Position numbers and translations under genes: made by a program
NCBI GenBank assembly: GCA_965242925.1
Contig: CBDEUM010000031.1
Location: 1-64,000, forward strand
Source: Roseibacillus sp.
GTDB taxonomy: Bacteria > Verrucomicrobiota > Verrucomicrobiia > Verrucomicrobiales > Akkermansiaceae
Direction: 5' to 3'
DNA: 64,000 nucleotides
In this document: piece by piece, positions 61,676 through 64,000 of the stretch
How positions within the stretch are numbered: position 1 is the stretch's first letter
Layout of the letters: every line of letters starts with the position of its first letter
The notes under the pieces: generated by a model
Databases searched by the model: none
What the model saw: only the letters and a program-made list of their open reading frames with translations
What the model was told of the DNA's origin: nothing

Positions 61676-61912
61676 TCCGTCATCCGGCCAATCGTCTTAG
61701 GCAAATCATCAATCACGTTGGGGTCCAAGTTACCCGGGAGATCTCACATCTCTCGACACAGATTCCACAGTTGTATCCCCGTCTAATTCTCTGAGTCATC
61801 TCTCAACCTGTTTATAGGAATTCCAGGAACCCCGCAGATTCCAATTTGGATAGTGTGGAAAAGAGTGGGATGTGTTTTGGGAATCGAACCCTGGGCCCAC
61901 CATCCGAGCTCC

Positions 61913-62500
61913 CTACCTGCCCTGCAAGCCCCCATCTCCCCGCTGGCGGAGAGCCTCAAAGAGACACACCCCGGTAGCCACGCTCACATTCAGACACTCC
62001 ACGCGTCCCCGCATCGGAATCTTCACGAGAAAGTCGCACTTCTCCTCCGTCAACCGGCGCAATCCCGGTCCCTCCGCCCCCATCACTATTCCAAGCGGTC
62101 CCTTCAGGTCGGCTTCATAGAGACTCTTCCCGCCGCGGTCCGATGTCCCCACCATCCAGATCCCGGCGTCCTTCAGCTCGTCCATCGTCCGCGCCAGGTT
62201 AGTCACCCGCATGAAGCGCACGTGATCGGCCGCTCCCACCGAGATCCGGCGGACCACCTCGGTGACTCCAACCGCGCGGTCCCTGGGCGCAATCACAAGA
62301 TCAATCCCTGCCCCGTCCGCACTGCGCAGGATCGCGCCCAGGTTGTGCGGATCCTGCACCCCGTCCAGGACCAGGACGAAGGGGCACTCAATCCCGGCCA
62401 GGATCTCCCGCAGGTCCCCTTCCGGTGTGGTCCGGTGGCGGCCCCGCTCCGTCGTGTGCGGGTTGGGTCGTCCTCCGGATCTGGGCTTCTGCCGTGGCAT
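61913..62500 (-). CDS. rlmB: 23S rRNA (Gm2251) 2'-O-methyltransferase, SpoU family
   Basis: LDGVQDPHNLGAILRSAD, MGAEGPGLRRL, IPMRGRVECLNVSVA. Confidence 0.88.
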   Translation of the reverse strand: MPRQKPRSGGRPNPHTTERGRHRTTPEGDLREILAGIECPFVLVLDGVQDPHNLGAILRSADGAGIDLVIAPRDRAVGVTEVVRRISVGAADHVRFMRVTNLARTMDELKDAGIWMVGTSDRGGKSLYEADLKGPLGIVMGAEGPGLRRLTEEKCDFLVKIPMRGRVECLNVSVATGVCLFEALRQRGDGGLQGR

Positions 62501-62517
62501 CGAGTCAACCGTCGGTT

Positions 62518-62563
62518 GTCATCAGTCAGCATCTTGAGTGACCGATGAATGCTGACCGATGAC
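62518..62563. repeat. 15-bp inverted repeat between rpoC and rlmB
   Basis: GTCATCAGTCAGCAT / ATGCTGACCGATGAC (1 mismatch), with an extra TGACCGATGA in the loop. Confidence 0.6.
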
Positions 62564-62578
62564 TTGTTGCCTCCGCCC

Positions 62579-64000
62579 TCAGGCGGTCTCTGCTTCCTGG
62601 GGCTCTTCCTCTTCCACCTGCGGCTCGGGCTCTTCCACCGTGAATTCGATATCGACGTCCCGGTGAGTGTCGAATCCCGTGCCGGCCGGGATGAGGTGAC
62701 CCATGATCACATTCTCCTTGAATCCAGTCAGGCGGTCAACCTTGCCAAGGGTGGCAGCGTCGGTGAGAACCCTGGTGGTATCCTGGAAGGAGGCCGCCGA
62801 AATGAAGGATTCGGTCTCGAGAGAAGCCTTGGTGATTCCAAGAAGGACGGGCTCGGCTTCCGCCGGCTTGCCACCCTGCTCGATCATCTCCTCGTTCTCT
62901 CTCTTGAAGGTCATGCGCTCCACCTGGTCCCCCCAGAGGAAACTGGTGTCACCGGGATCGCTGATCTTCACCTTGCGCAGCATCTGCCGGATGATGATCT
63001 CGATGTGTTTGTCGTTGATCTCCACGCCCTGGGCGCGGTAGACCGACTGCACTTCATTGACGAGGTGGGCCTGAAGCTCCTGTCTGCCACAGGCCTCAAG
63101 GAGATCCTCGGGAGCAACCGGACCCTCGGTGATCTGGTCGCCGCGAGCCACGGCGTCCCCCTCCGCCACGATCATGTGGCGACCCATGGGCACGAGGTGA
63201 TCCACTGACTCACCGGATTCCTCATCCGTGACAATGACCTTCTTTTTCCCTCTCACGTTGGGGCCGAAGGAAATCACCCCGTCGATCTTGGCGATCACGC
63301 AGGCATCCTTGGGACGGCGGGCCTCAAAGAGTTCCGCCACCCGCGGAAGACCACCGGTGATGTCCCTGGTCTTGGCCACCTTCCGCGGCGTCCGGGCCAG
63401 CTGCGTGCCTCCCGAGATCTTCTGCTTCACCTTCACGGAAAGGTGCGCTCCCACCGGGATCGAGTAGCTCGCGAGAACTTCACCGGAACCCGGGTCAGTG
63501 ATCACAACCTGCGGGTGAAGGTCCTCCTTGTGCTCCGTCACGGTCATGCCTTTCTTGCCGGTCTCCTTATCGGTCTCGGTCTGCACCGTGATGCCGGGAA
63601 TCATGTCGCGGAATTCTACCGCTCCGGGTTTCTCGGTAATAATGGGCACACTGTGCGGATCCCAGATCGCGACCTGGTCACCCTTGGTCACCTCGGACCC
63701 GTCCTTCATGGAAATAACCGAGCCGATCACGATCTTGTGCGACTCCAGTTCGAGCCCGTTCTTGTCACGGATCGAGATATTCCCGTTCTTGTTGAGAACC
63801 ACGAACTTGCCCTCGGTGTCCTCCACCACGCGAAGATCCACGTAGTGCAGCACCCCCTTGGAGCGGGATTCGATAAAGGGCTGCTTGTTGACACCGACCG
63901 CCACTCCGCCGGAGTGGAAGGTCCGCATGGTAAGCTGCGTTCCGGGTTCCCCGATCGACTGGGCCGCAATGATACCCACCGCTTCCCCGATCTTGGTCAC
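62579..64000 (-). CDS. rpoC: RNA polymerase beta' subunit, C-terminal part (5' end outside window)
   Basis: [72 protein letters not shown]. Confidence 0.98.
   Translation of the reverse strand: MTKIGEAVGIIAAQSIGEPGTQLTMRTFHSGGVAVGVNKQPFIESRSKGVLHYVDLRVVEDTEGKFVVLNKNGNISIRDKNGLELESHKIVIGSVISMKDGSEVTKGDQVAIWDPHSVPIITEKPGAVEFRDMIPGITVQTETDKETGKKGMTVTEHKEDLHPQVVITDPGSGEVLASYSIPVGAHLSVKVKQKISGGTQLARTPRKVAKTRDITGGLPRVAELFEARRPKDACVIAKIDGVISFGPNVRGKKKVIVTDEESGESVDHLVPMGRHMIVAEGDAVARGDQITEGPVAPEDLLEACGRQELQAHLVNEVQSVYRAQGVEINDKHIEIIIRQMLRKVKISDPGDTSFLWGDQVERMTFKRENEEMIEQGGKPAEAEPVLLGITKASLETESFISAASFQDTTRVLTDAATLGKVDRLTGFKENVIMGHLIPAGTGFDTHRDVDIEFTVEEPEPQVEEEEPQEAETA

Overview
High-GC bacterial chromosome segment. 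The gene content (PVC-type heme-binding proteins, DUF1592/DUF1552 pair, MoxR-DUF58-BatA cluster, TorF-like porins) points to Verrucomicrobiota, probably Verrucomicrobiales (inference). Most of the window is core or housekeeping: purB, aat, yceD-rpmF-plsX-fabH, tatD, pta-like, hisK-type phosphatase, tcdA, rpmJ (missed by the ORF track), ruvB, fur-xerC, coaX, metX, rlmB, the 3' part of rpoC, tRNA-fMet and tRNA-Val. There are two accessory blocks: a MoxR/VWA cluster plus regulator beyond the 3' end of tRNA-fMet, with integrase-arm-like repeats at the junction, and a lower-GC DUF1592(LamG)/DUF1552 pair. Most notable: (i) an orphan BlaI/MecI repressor fused in frame to a histone-H1-like tail built on a 30-bp tandem repeat, with a possible internal start; (ii) a nitrogen locus with a perfect sigma-54 promoter, two Amt genes (one with Arg at the W148 ammonium site), no glnK, and an A-B-A' array of three porin paralogues with duplicated promoter/terminator spacers beside xerC; (iii) a POT peptide transporter carrying a pseudopilin(GspG)-like periplasmic insertion. 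Several frameshifts in the first 23 kb, including in purB, look like assembly indel errors, so all single-base observations need read-level confirmation. All family calls are by-eye motif recognition; no searches were run.
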